A stretch of DNA of 32,000 nucleotides from Microcystis aeruginosa NIES-843. Its GTDB lineage: Bacteria > Cyanobacteriota > Cyanobacteriia > Cyanobacteriales > Microcystaceae. The notes below the pieces were generated by a model that did no database searches, was not told the origin of the DNA, and was given only the letters and a program-made list of their open reading frames with translations. Both the position numbers and the translations under genes were made by a program. Positions 1 to 9,832 of this stretch are shown here, piece by piece. The stretch's first letter is position 1, and each line of letters begins with the position of its first letter. Location of the stretch: positions 3,000,001 to 3,032,000 of the forward strand of contig NC_010296.1 in the NCBI RefSeq assembly GCF_000010625.1, written 5' to 3'.

Positions 1-1183
1 TTAGTAGCCAATTAAGACAGACATTTAACAAAGCGGCAAATGCCACAGTTGCTGCACTAAATTTAGCATGGCGGGTCATATTTAGCAATAGACCCACGGA
101 ACCAGTCAGAGCGTTAACCAGATAGCCAATACTCAAAATTATCAAAGCTGTTTGTCCCTGTATAAACTCAGCACCAAAAAGCTGTAAGATCGAGTATCTC
201 AATGCAATCAACCCCAAAGTCATGACTAGAGCAAACAAGCTGATTAAACGAGTGCTATGAGTAACCAGCCTTTGCAGTTGTTCCCGCTTTCCCTCTGCAT
301 ACAGTGTAGCAAAAGTTGGCGAAAGGACGTTATTCAATATTCCCAGGGCAAAAACAATCAGAGAAGTGACTCGACTGACTACTGCGTAAACTCCCACCGC
401 ACCCGCACCCTTGAAGGCACCGAGCATCAATATATCGATACGAGAGTTAATCACCGCTAGTCCTCCTAGCAAAATAAACGGTAAGCCGTCCTTCAGCCAA
501 GTCAGAATTTTGTATTCAGGTTTAGCCTGTTTAACCTCTTGGGGAAGCACTCTGGCTAATAGTACCACACCAACGACAAAAGTAATGCCAAGAGATATCA
601 ATTTTAAGCCCATCACCCAGACAGTGATATTTTCTTGATTTCTAAGAAACCAGTAGCTAGAAATCGTCAGGATAATAAAAACTAAGGGAGCTAGTAGATT
701 TTCTGGCATTTGCCCTAAAACCACCCTGTGTAAACCCTTCATCGTCGCTAGTCTCAAGCTAGTTAAAGAGACAATTGGTAAGGAAATCATCGCTACACAC
801 AGAGATGGTAATAAGTCCGGCTCCCTGACTTGTCCCCAGTTCAGAATAATAGCAATAGCAACTAATGCCATTAGGCTAGAAACTATGAAGACAATTGCAT
901 TTGCCCATTGTAATAGACCACGCATTAATCCCCAAGCTGACTGACTACTATAGATAGCCACTTCTCTGACTAATAAGTTATTAAAGCCTAGAGTCGCAGG
1001 AATGCCCAGCAAAGCCGGCCAAGTCATTGCATAAGTATAAACCCCAAAGCCATTTTTACCGAGCCAGCGAGCTAGAATAATACTGGTCAGAAAACTAAGG
1101 GTCATGAAAGCAACTCTTAAACCAAGAGAACCCGTCGCATCTCGAATTAAACGTTCTTTCAGTTTTAAGGGAGTTTTCTTCAT
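1..1183 (-). CDS. Polysaccharide/oligosaccharide flippase (Wzx-like, MOP superfamily); 3' end runs off the window
   Basis: Not in the ORF track because no stop lies in the window. Hand translation from ATG at 1183 (cat at 1181-1183) is open down to position 2: MKKTPLKLKERLIRDATGSLGLRVAFMTLSFLTSIILARWLGKNGFGVYTYAMTWPALLGIPATLGFNNLLVREVAIY... It has many hydrophobic segments and a flippase-like N-terminus. An in-frame check at the ATG at 709 is consistent. It sits next to other EPS genes. Confidence 0.6.
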   Translation of the reverse strand, partial: MKKTPLKLKERLIRDATGSLGLRVAFMTLSFLTSIILARWLGKNGFGVYTYAMTWPALLGIPATLGFNNLLVREVAIYSSQSAWGLMRGLLQWANAIVFIVSSLMALVAIAIILNWGQVREPDLLPSLCVAMISLPIVSLTSLRLATMKGLHRVVLGQMPENLLAPLVFIILTISSYWFLRNQENITVWVMGLKLISLGITFVVGVVLLARVLPQEVKQAKPEYKILTWLKDGLPFILLGGLAVINSRIDILMLGAFKGAGAVGVYAVVSRVTSLIVFALGILNNVLSPTFATLYAEGKREQLQRLVTHSTRLISLFALVMTLGLIALRYSILQLFGAEFIQGQTALIILSIGYLVNALTGSVGLLLNMTRHAKFSAATVAFAALLNVCLNWLL

Positions 1184-1351
1184 CTTTTTCTTTGCTCCAG
1201 AGATGCTACTAAGTCCATCGTGAATAAACTTTTCTGATTTCTTCCTCCGTGTAAAAATGATTAAAGTATTTAGAACTGCACATCTCCTCTACATAAGATA
1301 GTGGTAATTTGAGATTTTGCTTAAATTCTTTATACATATCTCGATAATTTT

Positions 1352-1538
1352 GGCTCTTCGGGACTTGGTATGGTTCGATAGGGGGGCATAAATCGACTCA
1401 ATCCTTATCTGGCAAGAGATTTAATTGATTAGTTCGCTCCAGATCGCCAACAATTGACAAAAATTGCGGCAATGTCTGTCTCTATAAAGGTTTCATTCCT
1501 TATAACCCCGTCCATTGCATAAGACAAACCGAAGAACC
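1352..1538. mobile_element. 187-bp MITE-like element, copy 1 (second copy at 27665-27851)
   Basis: Near-identical ~187-bp sequence occurs twice in the window. Terminal inverted repeats are GGCTCTTCG...CGAAGAACC here and GGTTCTTCG...CGAAGAGCC in copy 2. There is no coding capacity. Confidence 0.65.
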
Positions 1539-2246
1539 ATAATTTTTATCTTCTCCCACGTTCGTCCTTACTAACTTAAATTCTTTTAAACCCAGAAATT
1601 CGGCGATTGCTTTTTCCTTTACACTGTCAGAGGTTTCTAGTTTGAGGATCAATAAATCCACATTATCTTTGTTAATTCTTAAATATCCCTGCTCTTTCGG
1701 AAAAGGATATTCATAAACATCTATCCCTAAAAATGGCTTGAAGTAATTATCGAACCAGTCTAGGGGAGTTGAATGAGGGAAAAAATTGATAAATATATCC
1801 CTTAGCTCTTGGGGAGTAAAATTGGATTGTTCATACTTTTTCCCTGTTTCTCTTTCAAAGTTCTGAAAAAAAGCTGCAACATTTCTACCTATTGGTTCCC
1901 TAGTTAAAGAAATAATTTTTACTTGTTTTTTCGGGGCAATTATTTTGTTATATAAAAATTTACCCTGTCTGAGTAGCATTTCTCTCTCCAGTTTTACGCT
2001 CAAAATTTCGTAAACATTAGGATTGTAAAAGCTTCTATTATCAGCATTTTTGAGTAAAAAATGAACATGAAACAATGGCAAAATTGCTTTTTTTTTTAAG
2101 GATTTCATCACCGAGCTAGAACCAACTTTGCCCATTTGATAGATTATAATAGGTGTTTGATTCGTTGCATAAAGTCTGAATCGTAATTTTATGTCTTGCA
2201 GAACAATCTTCCGCAGATAAGTCAGGTTATCAAGCAATTTAGACAT
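1500..2246 (-). CDS. Sulfotransferase-family protein (putative polysaccharide modification)
   Basis: 248-aa ORF. YQMGKVGSSSV resembles the 5'-PSB PAPS-binding loop and SLTREPIGRNVAAF resembles the 3'-PB motif of sulfotransferases. It lies between the flippase and wzc-like genes. The last ~13 codons and the stop lie inside the MITE at 1352-1538. Confidence 0.45.
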   Translation of the reverse strand: MSKLLDNLTYLRKIVLQDIKLRFRLYATNQTPIIIYQMGKVGSSSVMKSLKKKAILPLFHVHFLLKNADNRSFYNPNVYEILSVKLEREMLLRQGKFLYNKIIAPKKQVKIISLTREPIGRNVAAFFQNFERETGKKYEQSNFTPQELRDIFINFFPHSTPLDWFDNYFKPFLGIDVYEYPFPKEQGYLRINKDNVDLLILKLETSDSVKEKAIAEFLGLKEFKLVRTNVGEDKNYGSSVCLMQWTGL

Positions 2247-3041
2247 TTGGTTTTTGCCTGTAGTTTAATTTTTTTACTCTACACCAGCGATACAGATGCT
2301 GAGTTCTCAATGAGGATAATCTATTTCAGCATCCTTGTCAACCTAGGGTGGTAATTTTGGTAATTCTCAAGATAGTTGCTCAATTATCTCACTTACATTG
2401 AGGACACTAAGCAAACAAACAGCTTTTACTGATTTTAAAGCTGTTTTTAGTCATTAATAAACTATTTTTTCGGCTTTATCCGTTAATTCTCTCTCCTTGT
2501 CCCAATTTTCCCCCTTTGCCCCGAAAAAACTCTTGGTCAACTAACCGCCTAATTATCTATTCCTGAGTGTAGAATGGCTACCTATGGATGTTCTGATTGG
2601 TCGGGGGGATTATCAGCAAGCTTGACCATAAGACGAGGCGGGACAAAAATTAGCAGTTCTGGAAAAACTAGAGTTATCATCGTAGCACGGTGTTATGATT
2701 GAGCGGTGATTGATCTAGCCAGATTGCTACCGCAAAATCTTTTAAACCGCATCCACAGGGAAAACCGTAGTTTGGTTTTTTCGGCTATGATCTTTGCATA
2801 GCAATACTTTTAAGGGTTAATGGCCTGCCAGTGAGATTCCAGTTCTCTAGCTGGTTGCGGTTTATATCCTTTAAAAGTGTCCCGAAGTCAATTTCAGCTT
2901 TAGATGTCATATTCCTTACTCTATAAGGGTTGGGGGCTATTTTAAATAGATACCATGTTTGGACAAATTCCCAAATTATTCTTAAGCTATACTGGCGTAC
3001 TAGATGCGGTTTAATACAGTTATCCCTTGACTATTTGATTA

Positions 3042-5354
3042 ATGATGAACAACCAACAAAACGGGGCTTTGAAAACCCAAAGCCAAGGAAATCTACCAGT
3101 TTTTGCCCAACCAGCTTTTATCCCCTCCCTGACGCAGGAAGAAGAGGAACTCAACCTGCGTCAAGTCCTTTCTGTCGTCAAGCATCGCTGGTGGATAATC
3201 GCTGGCATCACCCTAGGAGTAACAGGTGCGATCGCTGCTTGGACTTTCTTAAAAACCCCTATCTATCAAGGTAGATTCCTGCTGCTCATCGGTCAACCGA
3301 TTGAGGAAAATAAAAATTCTCTCAAACTGGCAGCCCAAGATATCCTGCCTCAGTTGGGTGGAGAGAACATCGATTATGAAACCCAAATCGCTGTCCTGAA
3401 AAGTCCTCAACTCCTTAACCCCATCCTTAGTAAAATAACTCCTCAATATCCCGACTTTACCTACAGTGATTTAATTAGTAAAACTGGCAAATCTGATCTC
3501 AAAATTAGTCAATTAGAAGATACGAAAGTTTTAGAGATCGTTTACGAAAATGCAGAACCAGAAAAAATTAAGCTGGTTTTAGATAATTTAGCCCGTCATT
3601 ACCTAAACTATAGTTCCCAGGAACGCAAGACCGAAATTAATCAAGGCTTGGATTTTGTTAACGCTCAATTGCCCGTGCTGCAGGAACGAGTTAATTCTCT
3701 ACAAAAACAAATGCAGCAATTCCGGCAGCAATACAATTTCCTGGATCCCGACAAGGAAGCCACTCGTTTATCGCAACAGTTAACCAGCATCGAGCAGGAG
3801 TACAGAGTCGCCCAAGTTGCCCTTAACGAAATTAACTCTCGCTATCAAGCTTTACAGCAACAGGTGGGATTGGCCCCTAATCAAGCAATTATCGCCACTT
3901 ATCTCAGTGAATCTCCCGGTTATCAAGATTTGCTCAAGCAGTTGCAAGAAGTGGAAGTGGAATTGGCGAAACAATCGGCAGTTTTTGCCAAGGATAGCCC
4001 GATAATCGCCACCCTAGAGGAAAAACGGGCTAATTTACTGCCCCTACTGCAAAACGAAGCCCAGAGAACCCTAGGGGAAAAACTGCCCCAGACAGTGGGT
4101 AATTCCCCGGCTTTGGTATCACGAAGCGCTTTGCGGGTAGAATTAACCCAGCAATTGGTAGAAGCCGCTAACAGTCGCCAAACCCTAGAAATTAAGGTAA
4201 AATCCCTTGCCCAAGCCCTCGAACAACAGAAAGCCTCGGTCAAAAATCTGGCGGTTTTAGCCCGTCGCTATACGGATTTGCAACGAGAATTGGAAATTGC
4301 CACCACCAGTCTCGGCCGTTTTCTGGAGGAACAACAAAAACTCCAACTCAAGGTGGCACAACAAGTGGTGCCTTGGCAACTAATTTCCCCTCCAGAAGTA
4401 GAGGAAGATTTCGTTTCTCCTAAACCCGTGCGAAATCTCGCTTTAGGGGTTATTGGTGGCCTGTTACTAGGCCTAGGGGCAGCCTTTTTAGCTGAAAGAT
4501 TAGATCCCGTTCATCATAGTGCAGATGAACTAAAAGAAGATACCAAACTGCCCCTTTTAGGCGCAATTCCCTGGCAAAAAGACCTCGATAAGATCGAAAA
4601 AGTGATCACCGCCGCCCTACCCCAGTTAACAGTCGCTGGTCAACAACTTACTATCCCTAATACCACTGCGAAATCAGCCAACGAAAACCCCTACTACTAT
4701 AATTTCTCCCCCTTCTCGGAGGCTTTCCACACTCTTAACACCAATATTCGCCTCCTCGGTTCCGATTCCCCCCTCAAGTCCCTCGTGATTAGTTCTGTAT
4801 CACCAGGAGATGGTAAAACCACCATGGCAATAAATATCGCTAAGGCTGCCGCTCGTATGGGACAAAAAGTCTTACTGGTGGATGCCGACCTGCGACGACC
4901 CCAGATTCACCTACGACTTAATCTCGATAACGACCACGGCCTTAGTAATGTCCTCGCCGAGGGTCTCGATTGGAACGAGGCGATTCAATCCCTGCCCCGC
5001 CACGAGAATTTATCGATTCTTACCGCCGGTTCAATTCCCCCAGATCCAACCCGCTTGCTTTCTTCCCAGAGAATGCAGGAGATGATCTCGCAATTACAGC
5101 AAGACCACGCCTTCGATCTAATTATCTACGATCTACCACCGATCGCCGCCTTTGCCGATGCCAAAATTCTCGCCGCCATGGCCACTGGCCTAATTCTCGT
5201 CACCAAACTGGGCAAAACCGACCGCTTTGTGCTGAAAAATCTGCTCGAAGACCTGAGATTATCCCACATTTCCGTGTTAGGTTTAGTGGCTAATAATGTT
5301 AGTCGGAAAGACCACAATTATCGTTACTATGGCCATTACTACGGCAAAAGATAA
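3042..5354 (+). CDS. Exopolysaccharide co-polymerase / tyrosine autokinase (Wzc/GumC-type, PCP-2a)
   Basis: 770 aa. It has an N-terminal TM segment followed by a long coiled-coil Wzz/GumC-like periplasmic region and a second TM (LALGVIGGLLLGLGAAFLA). The C-terminal CpsD/CapB-type kinase carries Walker A SPGDGKTT, Walker A'/B (LLVDADLRRP, IIYDLPP) and a Tyr-rich tail (HNYRYYGHYYGKR). Confidence 0.85.
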   Translation: MMNNQQNGALKTQSQGNLPVFAQPAFIPSLTQEEEELNLRQVLSVVKHRWWIIAGITLGVTGAIAAWTFLKTPIYQGRFLLLIGQPIEENKNSLKLAAQDILPQLGGENIDYETQIAVLKSPQLLNPILSKITPQYPDFTYSDLISKTGKSDLKISQLEDTKVLEIVYENAEPEKIKLVLDNLARHYLNYSSQERKTEINQGLDFVNAQLPVLQERVNSLQKQMQQFRQQYNFLDPDKEATRLSQQLTSIEQEYRVAQVALNEINSRYQALQQQVGLAPNQAIIATYLSESPGYQDLLKQLQEVEVELAKQSAVFAKDSPIIATLEEKRANLLPLLQNEAQRTLGEKLPQTVGNSPALVSRSALRVELTQQLVEAANSRQTLEIKVKSLAQALEQQKASVKNLAVLARRYTDLQRELEIATTSLGRFLEEQQKLQLKVAQQVVPWQLISPPEVEEDFVSPKPVRNLALGVIGGLLLGLGAAFLAERLDPVHHSADELKEDTKLPLLGAIPWQKDLDKIEKVITAALPQLTVAGQQLTIPNTTAKSANENPYYYNFSPFSEAFHTLNTNIRLLGSDSPLKSLVISSVSPGDGKTTMAINIAKAAARMGQKVLLVDADLRRPQIHLRLNLDNDHGLSNVLAEGLDWNEAIQSLPRHENLSILTAGSIPPDPTRLLSSQRMQEMISQLQQDHAFDLIIYDLPPIAAFADAKILAAMATGLILVTKLGKTDRFVLKNLLEDLRLSHISVLGLVANNVSRKDHNYRYYGHYYGKR

Positions 5355-5416
5355 TTAAATCCCATCTTGCTTACTATTTATCGGTTAAGTAGGTAGGTGT
5401 TAAAAATTTTCAGGCA

Positions 5417-5480
5417 CCCCCCTTATCAAGGGGGGATTAAGGGGGGATCCCCCCTTATCAAGGGGGGATTAAGGGGGGAT
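5417..5480. repeat. 2 x 32-bp tandem repeat; each unit is a C6/G6 hairpin (CCCCCCTTATCAAGGGGGGATTAAGGGGGGAT)
   Basis: Two perfect 32-bp units lie back to back, about 60 bp after the wzc-like stop. It may act as a terminator or insulator between wzc and the cryptochrome gene. Confidence 0.75.
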
Positions 5481-5545
5481 CAGAGGCAAAATCTATCTTC
5501 TATTTAATTATAACCACTTACTTATCAACTTTTAATTGATGTTAA

Positions 5546-7003
5546 ATGCGGGTTTTAATTTGGTATCGCAATGATCTGCGGGTTCACGATCACGAGGCAA
5601 TTTATCAAGCTGTTCAAGAACAATTCGAGATAATTCCCTTCTATTGTTTTGATGAGCGTCAATTTGGTTTTACTTCCTACGGGTTTCCAAAAACTGGCAA
5701 GTTCCGGGCTAAATTTTTATTAGAAAGCGTAGCAGATTTGCGACAATCTCTGGAAAGTTTAGGCGGTAATTTAATTATCCGACGGGGAAAACCAGAAGAC
5801 ATTATCCCACAATTAGTTCAAGAATTGCAGATAGCCAAGGTTTATTATCATCAAGAGGTAACAGCAGAGGAATTAGCGGTAGAAAAAGCGGTAAATAAGG
5901 CTTTATCCGGGGTTCCTGTGCAGATAAAAACTTTTTGGACAGCCACTTTATACCATCCTGATGACTTACCTTTTACCCTTAATCAATTACCAGAATTATT
6001 TACTAATTTTCGTAAACAAGTAGAACGTCATTGGCAAATAAGAGCAACTTATCCCACGCCGAAAAAGTTGACAAAATTGCCTAAAATAGAGTTGGGAAAC
6101 CTTCCCAGTTTAAACGATTTAGGCTTAACAGAATCAATTCTAGACCGGGGAGGTGTTTTGTCGTTTCAAGGGGGTGAAATGGCAGGAAAATCAAGGGTTA
6201 AAGAATATATTTGGGATAGTGATTCCTTAAAAACCTATAAGGAAACCCGCAATGAAATGTTAGGGACTAATTATTCCTCAAAATTCTCAGCTTGGTTAAG
6301 TTTTGGCTGTCTTTCCCCCCGTTATATCTACGAGGAAGTACAAAAGTATGAGCAAACGAGAGTAAAAAATGACTCTACCTATTGGCTGATTTTTGAATTA
6401 TTATGGCGAGATTTTTTCCGATTTATGTGCCGTAAACACGGGAATAAAATCTTCTATAAATCTGGTTTGCAAGAACTTTATTTACCTTGGCTAGAAGATT
6501 GGGAAAGATTTAATCTCTGGTGTGAGGGAAAAACCGGTTATCCCCTTGTAGATGCTAATATGAGAGAATTAGCCGCTACAGGATTTATGTCGAATCGTGG
6601 CCGGCAAAATGTCGCTAGTTTTCTGAGCAAAAATCTCGGTATTGATTGGTGTATGGGAGCAGAATGGTTCGAGTCGTTATTAATTGATTACGATGTCTGT
6701 AGTAATTGGGGTAATTGGAATTACACTGCTGGTGTCGGCAATGACGCGCGAGGATTTCGTTATTTTAATATCCCTAAACAGTCGAAAGATTATGATCCCA
6801 AAGGTGATTATTTACGTCACTGGTTGCCCGAATTAGCCCTAATAAAAGGCGATAAAATTCACGAACCTTATAAATTATCTCCAGAGGAACAAAAGCGTTA
6901 TGGTGTGATTTTAGGGGTTAATTATCCTCGTCCCATTGTCGATTTTTTTCAATCCATCAAACACAACGAAAAAATTTATCTTCAGCATTTCAGTGAACAG
7001 TAA
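5546..7003 (+). CDS. Cryptochrome DASH / photolyase-family flavoprotein
   Basis: 485 aa. The N-terminal photolyase alpha/beta domain reads MRVLIWYRNDLRVHDHEAI. The FAD-binding domain carries DSTYWLIFELLWRDFF, GYPLVDANMRELAATGFMSNRGRQNVASFL, and WGNWNYTAGVGND. This pattern is typical of Cry-DASH (Synechocystis sll1629-like). Confidence 0.85.
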   Translation: MRVLIWYRNDLRVHDHEAIYQAVQEQFEIIPFYCFDERQFGFTSYGFPKTGKFRAKFLLESVADLRQSLESLGGNLIIRRGKPEDIIPQLVQELQIAKVYYHQEVTAEELAVEKAVNKALSGVPVQIKTFWTATLYHPDDLPFTLNQLPELFTNFRKQVERHWQIRATYPTPKKLTKLPKIELGNLPSLNDLGLTESILDRGGVLSFQGGEMAGKSRVKEYIWDSDSLKTYKETRNEMLGTNYSSKFSAWLSFGCLSPRYIYEEVQKYEQTRVKNDSTYWLIFELLWRDFFRFMCRKHGNKIFYKSGLQELYLPWLEDWERFNLWCEGKTGYPLVDANMRELAATGFMSNRGRQNVASFLSKNLGIDWCMGAEWFESLLIDYDVCSNWGNWNYTAGVGNDARGFRYFNIPKQSKDYDPKGDYLRHWLPELALIKGDKIHEPYKLSPEEQKRYGVILGVNYPRPIVDFFQSIKHNEKIYLQHFSEQ

Positions 7004-7014
7004 TCAGTAATCAG

Positions 7015-7153
7015 TAGACCTCTTGCATAAATCCGAAAACAAACGACAGAAACAATAATGGGAGGGACTTTCAGTTAATTATTTATTAGTAGTTGATAAT
7101 CTTCAAAAATGTTGCTGTACAAGGATCGACTTAAGACTTTTGCAAGAGGTCTA
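7015..7153. mobile_element. 139-bp MITE bounded by perfect 13-bp TIRs TAGACCTCTTGCA / TGCAAGAGGTCTA
   Basis: TIRs lie at 7015-7027 and 7141-7153. The same TIRs, with one mismatch, bound the IS5-like element at 27926-29145, so this looks like a non-autonomous derivative. Confidence 0.65.
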
Positions 7154-7238
7154 GTAAACAGTAATCAGTGAAAAGACAGTAGGAAACTGGCATTTGATGA
7201 GGCTCACTTAATCCATACTGCACACTTAAAACTCAAAT

Positions 7239-7336
7239 CTGATAACTGATAACTGATAACTGATAACTGATAACTGATAACTGATTACTGATAACTGATT
7301 ACTGATTACTGATTACTGATTACTGATTACTGATTA
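7239..7336. repeat. Heptamer STR array (CTGATAA)6-CTGATTA-CTGATAA-(CTGATTA)6, 14 units
   Basis: Read directly from the sequence. The last unit contains the nadA stop codon (tta at 7334-7336 on the plus strand). Confidence 0.95.
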
Positions 7337-8320
7337 AGACATTTCTAACATTCTTTGAATCGGCAACAGTGCCTTAACTCTTAAATCTTCAGAAATAGTA
7401 ATTTCTGGAGTTTTATCTCGCATACAGAGATACAATTTTTCGAGAGTGTTCAGTCTCATGTAGGGACACTCATTACAAGCACAGTTATTTAAAGCTGGTG
7501 CGGGGATAAATAGTTTCTCTGGGGCGGATTTTTGCATCTGGTGAATAATCCCCGGTTCTGTGGCGACAATAAAGGTTTTTTCGGAACTTTTCAGGGAATA
7601 ATTTAATAGTGCCGTCGTGGAACCAATATAATCGGCATGGCGTAAAACCGATGCTTCACACTCAGGATGGGCGATAATTTTTGCTTCTGGATGGGCGACT
7701 TTTAATTCTATTATCTTGCGTTCGGAAAAAGTTTCATGGACAATACAACTACCCTGCCAGAGAACTAAATCTCTACCAGTTTGCTGACTGACGTAACGGC
7801 CTAAATTGCGATCGGGAGCGAAGATAATCGGTTGATGGGCAGGGATTTGATTAACTATTTTGACTGCGTTGGAACTGGTGCAGATAATATCACTCATGGC
7901 CTTAATTTCTGCACTGCAATTGATATAGGAAATCACGATATGATCGGGATATTGGGCTTTAAAACGAGCAAAATCTTCAGGATGACAACTATCAGCTAAA
8001 GAACATCCTGCATCTAAATCCGGCAGCAATACCAACTTATCTGGGTTTAAGATTTTAGCTGTTTCTGCCATGAAGTGAACCCCCGCAAATACGATCACAT
8101 CTGCTGGCGTTCGGGCAGCCTGTTGGGATAAACCGAGAGAATCACCAATATAATCAGCTATATCCTGTATGTCAGAATTTTGATAGTAGTGAGCCAGAAT
8201 AACGGCGTTTAATTCCCGTTTAAGCTCTTTAATTGCCGTAAATAGGTCATCAGGTAAGCTCGATCGATTTGTGGGTTGAACAGTTGTGAACACGGCGGCA
8301 TTTATGGTTATTTTTACCAA
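7334..8320 (-). CDS. nadA: Quinolinate synthase A
   Basis: 328 aa carrying NadA signatures: [77 protein letters not shown], and the C-terminal CxxCxYM. Confidence 0.95.
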   Translation of the reverse strand: MVKITINAAVFTTVQPTNRSSLPDDLFTAIKELKRELNAVILAHYYQNSDIQDIADYIGDSLGLSQQAARTPADVIVFAGVHFMAETAKILNPDKLVLLPDLDAGCSLADSCHPEDFARFKAQYPDHIVISYINCSAEIKAMSDIICTSSNAVKIVNQIPAHQPIIFAPDRNLGRYVSQQTGRDLVLWQGSCIVHETFSERKIIELKVAHPEAKIIAHPECEASVLRHADYIGSTTALLNYSLKSSEKTFIVATEPGIIHQMQKSAPEKLFIPAPALNNCACNECPYMRLNTLEKLYLCMRDKTPEITISEDLRVKALLPIQRMLEMS

Positions 8321-8360
8321 ATACTAAACAAGTTCCTAGATCATAGCAAATTTTTTTTAA

Positions 8361-8460
8361 GGGGAGTGGGGGAGTGGGGAAGTGGGGAAGTGGGGGGCAA
8401 CTTTGATTTATTATCCTGAATTCTGTCTCCGAACTCCGAACCCCGAACCCCGAACCCCCA
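8361..8460. repeat. G-rich (GGGGAGT/GGGGAAGT) and C-rich (CCGAACC) short tandem repeats in the nadA-tatC divergent intergenic region
   Basis: Read directly: ggggagtgggggagtggggaagtggggaagtgggggg at 8361-8397 and ccgaactccgaaccccgaaccccgaaccccc at 8429-8460. Confidence 0.85.
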
Positions 8461-8514
8461 TCCCCTATCAATGCTAGGATAAAGGCTTGAGTAGAGAACG
8501 ATCGAGCGAAAGCC

Positions 8515-9276
8515 ATGTCATCGACAGAAGTAAAAACCCCGCCCCCAGACAGTACCGAATTTCTCGACGAATTGCCCGGAGAAGTGGAAATGTCCTTATT
8601 TGACCACTTGGAGGAATTGCGGCGCCGGATTTTTTATAGTTTAATTGCCGTGGCTGTGGGTGCGGTGGGATGTTTTATCTTCGTTAAACCCCTAGTACAA
8701 GTGCTGGAAGTCCCTGCCCAAGGGGTAAAATTTTTGCAGTTGGCCCCGGGAGAATTTTTTTTCGTCTCCCTAAAAGTAGCTGGATATAGCGGCATACTGG
8801 TGGCTAGTCCCGTCATTCTCTTGCAAATTATCCTCTTTGTGCTGCCGGGGTTAACCCGTCGCGAACGGCGTTTAATTGTCCCGGTAGTGTTAGGATCGAG
8901 TGTCTTATTTTTTGCCGGTTTATTTTTTGCCTATATTGCCCTGATTCCCGCCGCTTTAAACTTTTTTGTCAATTATGGGGCGGAAGTGGTCGAACAAGCT
9001 TGGTCGATCGAGCGCTATTTTGAATTTGTCTTACTTTTACTTTTTAGTACCGGCATCGCCTTTCAAATTCCCGTTATTCAATTGATTTTGAGCTTTTTAG
9101 GCATTATTTCCTCGCAAACGATGTTATCGGGTTGGCGTTTCGTGGTTTTGGGGGCAGTGATTTTAGGCGCGATTTTAACCCCTTCCACAGATCCTCTCAC
9201 CCAATCCCTGTTAGCAGGGGCGGTCTTGGGTCTATACTTTGGGGGCATTGGGGTGGTGAAATTAACGGGACGTTAG
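8515..9276 (+). CDS. tatC: Sec-independent (twin-arginine) translocase subunit TatC
   Basis: 253 aa. It has the [14 protein letters not shown] motif, six predicted TM segments, and [10 protein letters not shown] near the C-terminus. Confidence 0.93.
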   Translation: MSSTEVKTPPPDSTEFLDELPGEVEMSLFDHLEELRRRIFYSLIAVAVGAVGCFIFVKPLVQVLEVPAQGVKFLQLAPGEFFFVSLKVAGYSGILVASPVILLQIILFVLPGLTRRERRLIVPVVLGSSVLFFAGLFFAYIALIPAALNFFVNYGAEVVEQAWSIERYFEFVLLLLFSTGIAFQIPVIQLILSFLGIISSQTMLSGWRFVVLGAVILGAILTPSTDPLTQSLLAGAVLGLYFGGIGVVKLTGR

Positions 9277-9342
9277 CAGTTTTTTGATAAAATTTGACGG
9301 CTGAAAACTAATTAAGCCAGAAAGCTAGAGATTGATTCTAGA

Positions 9343-9666
9343 TTGAGTAACAAAGTGAAATATTTTTTCTTAACGGCAGGTTGGACAATAGGACGGGTGT
9401 GGGAATTTGGCGGTTTGTGGGATCACGCGAGTAGTTGGCGACGACCACCGCAGATAGAGCGATTAAATATCGGTATTTTAGAGGGAGAACAGGTTTTATG
9501 GCTTTATAAGGTGGAAGAAGCCGTGATTATGGTAGAAGTTGCCCCCAAGAGTGCCGAAATTGCCGATACTGTCCCCACCATCGGGCAAGTGGTGCTAAAA
9601 CGCTTGATTAGTGCCGAACAAGTCCTCGAAATCCTGCAAAATGCCGAAGAAGTGCTGAGGAAGTAA
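9343..9666 (+). CDS. Hypothetical protein (107 aa)
   Basis: ORF with a non-ATG (TTG) start in the track. Its codon usage resembles neighbouring genes. I recognise no family and the start is uncertain. Confidence 0.35.
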   Translation: MSNKVKYFFLTAGWTIGRVWEFGGLWDHASSWRRPPQIERLNIGILEGEQVLWLYKVEEAVIMVEVAPKSAEIADTVPTIGQVVLKRLISAEQVLEILQNAEEVLRK

Positions 9667-9832
9667 TCAGTTATCAGTTATCAGTTATCAGTTATCAGTC
9701 ATAATTCCCCATCTCCCCACAGCCCACAGCCCACAGCCCACACCCCACACCCCACACCCTACACCCCACACCCTACAGCCCACACCCCGCACCCCACACC
9801 CCACACCCTACACCCTACAGCCCACACCCCAC
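9664..9832. repeat. Composite STR: (TCAGTTA)4-5 followed by ~17 heptamers of CCCCACA/GCCCACA/CCCTACA
   Basis: Read directly. The first array begins at the stop codon of the 9343-9666 ORF and is the reverse complement of the CTGATAA family at 7239-7336. The C-rich array is the complement of the GGGGTGT arrays at 11.67 kb and 27.17 kb. Confidence 0.95.

Noticed and set aside
257-638. Two plus-strand ORFs (67 and 75 aa)
   Set aside because: They are antisense to the long open flippase frame on the minus strand, which the track does not list because its stop lies outside the window.
2930-3274. 114-aa plus-strand ORF upstream of and overlapping the wzc-like gene
   Set aside because: It has a non-ATG start and overlaps the 5' end of the 770-aa gene in another frame. 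It has no recognisable features.
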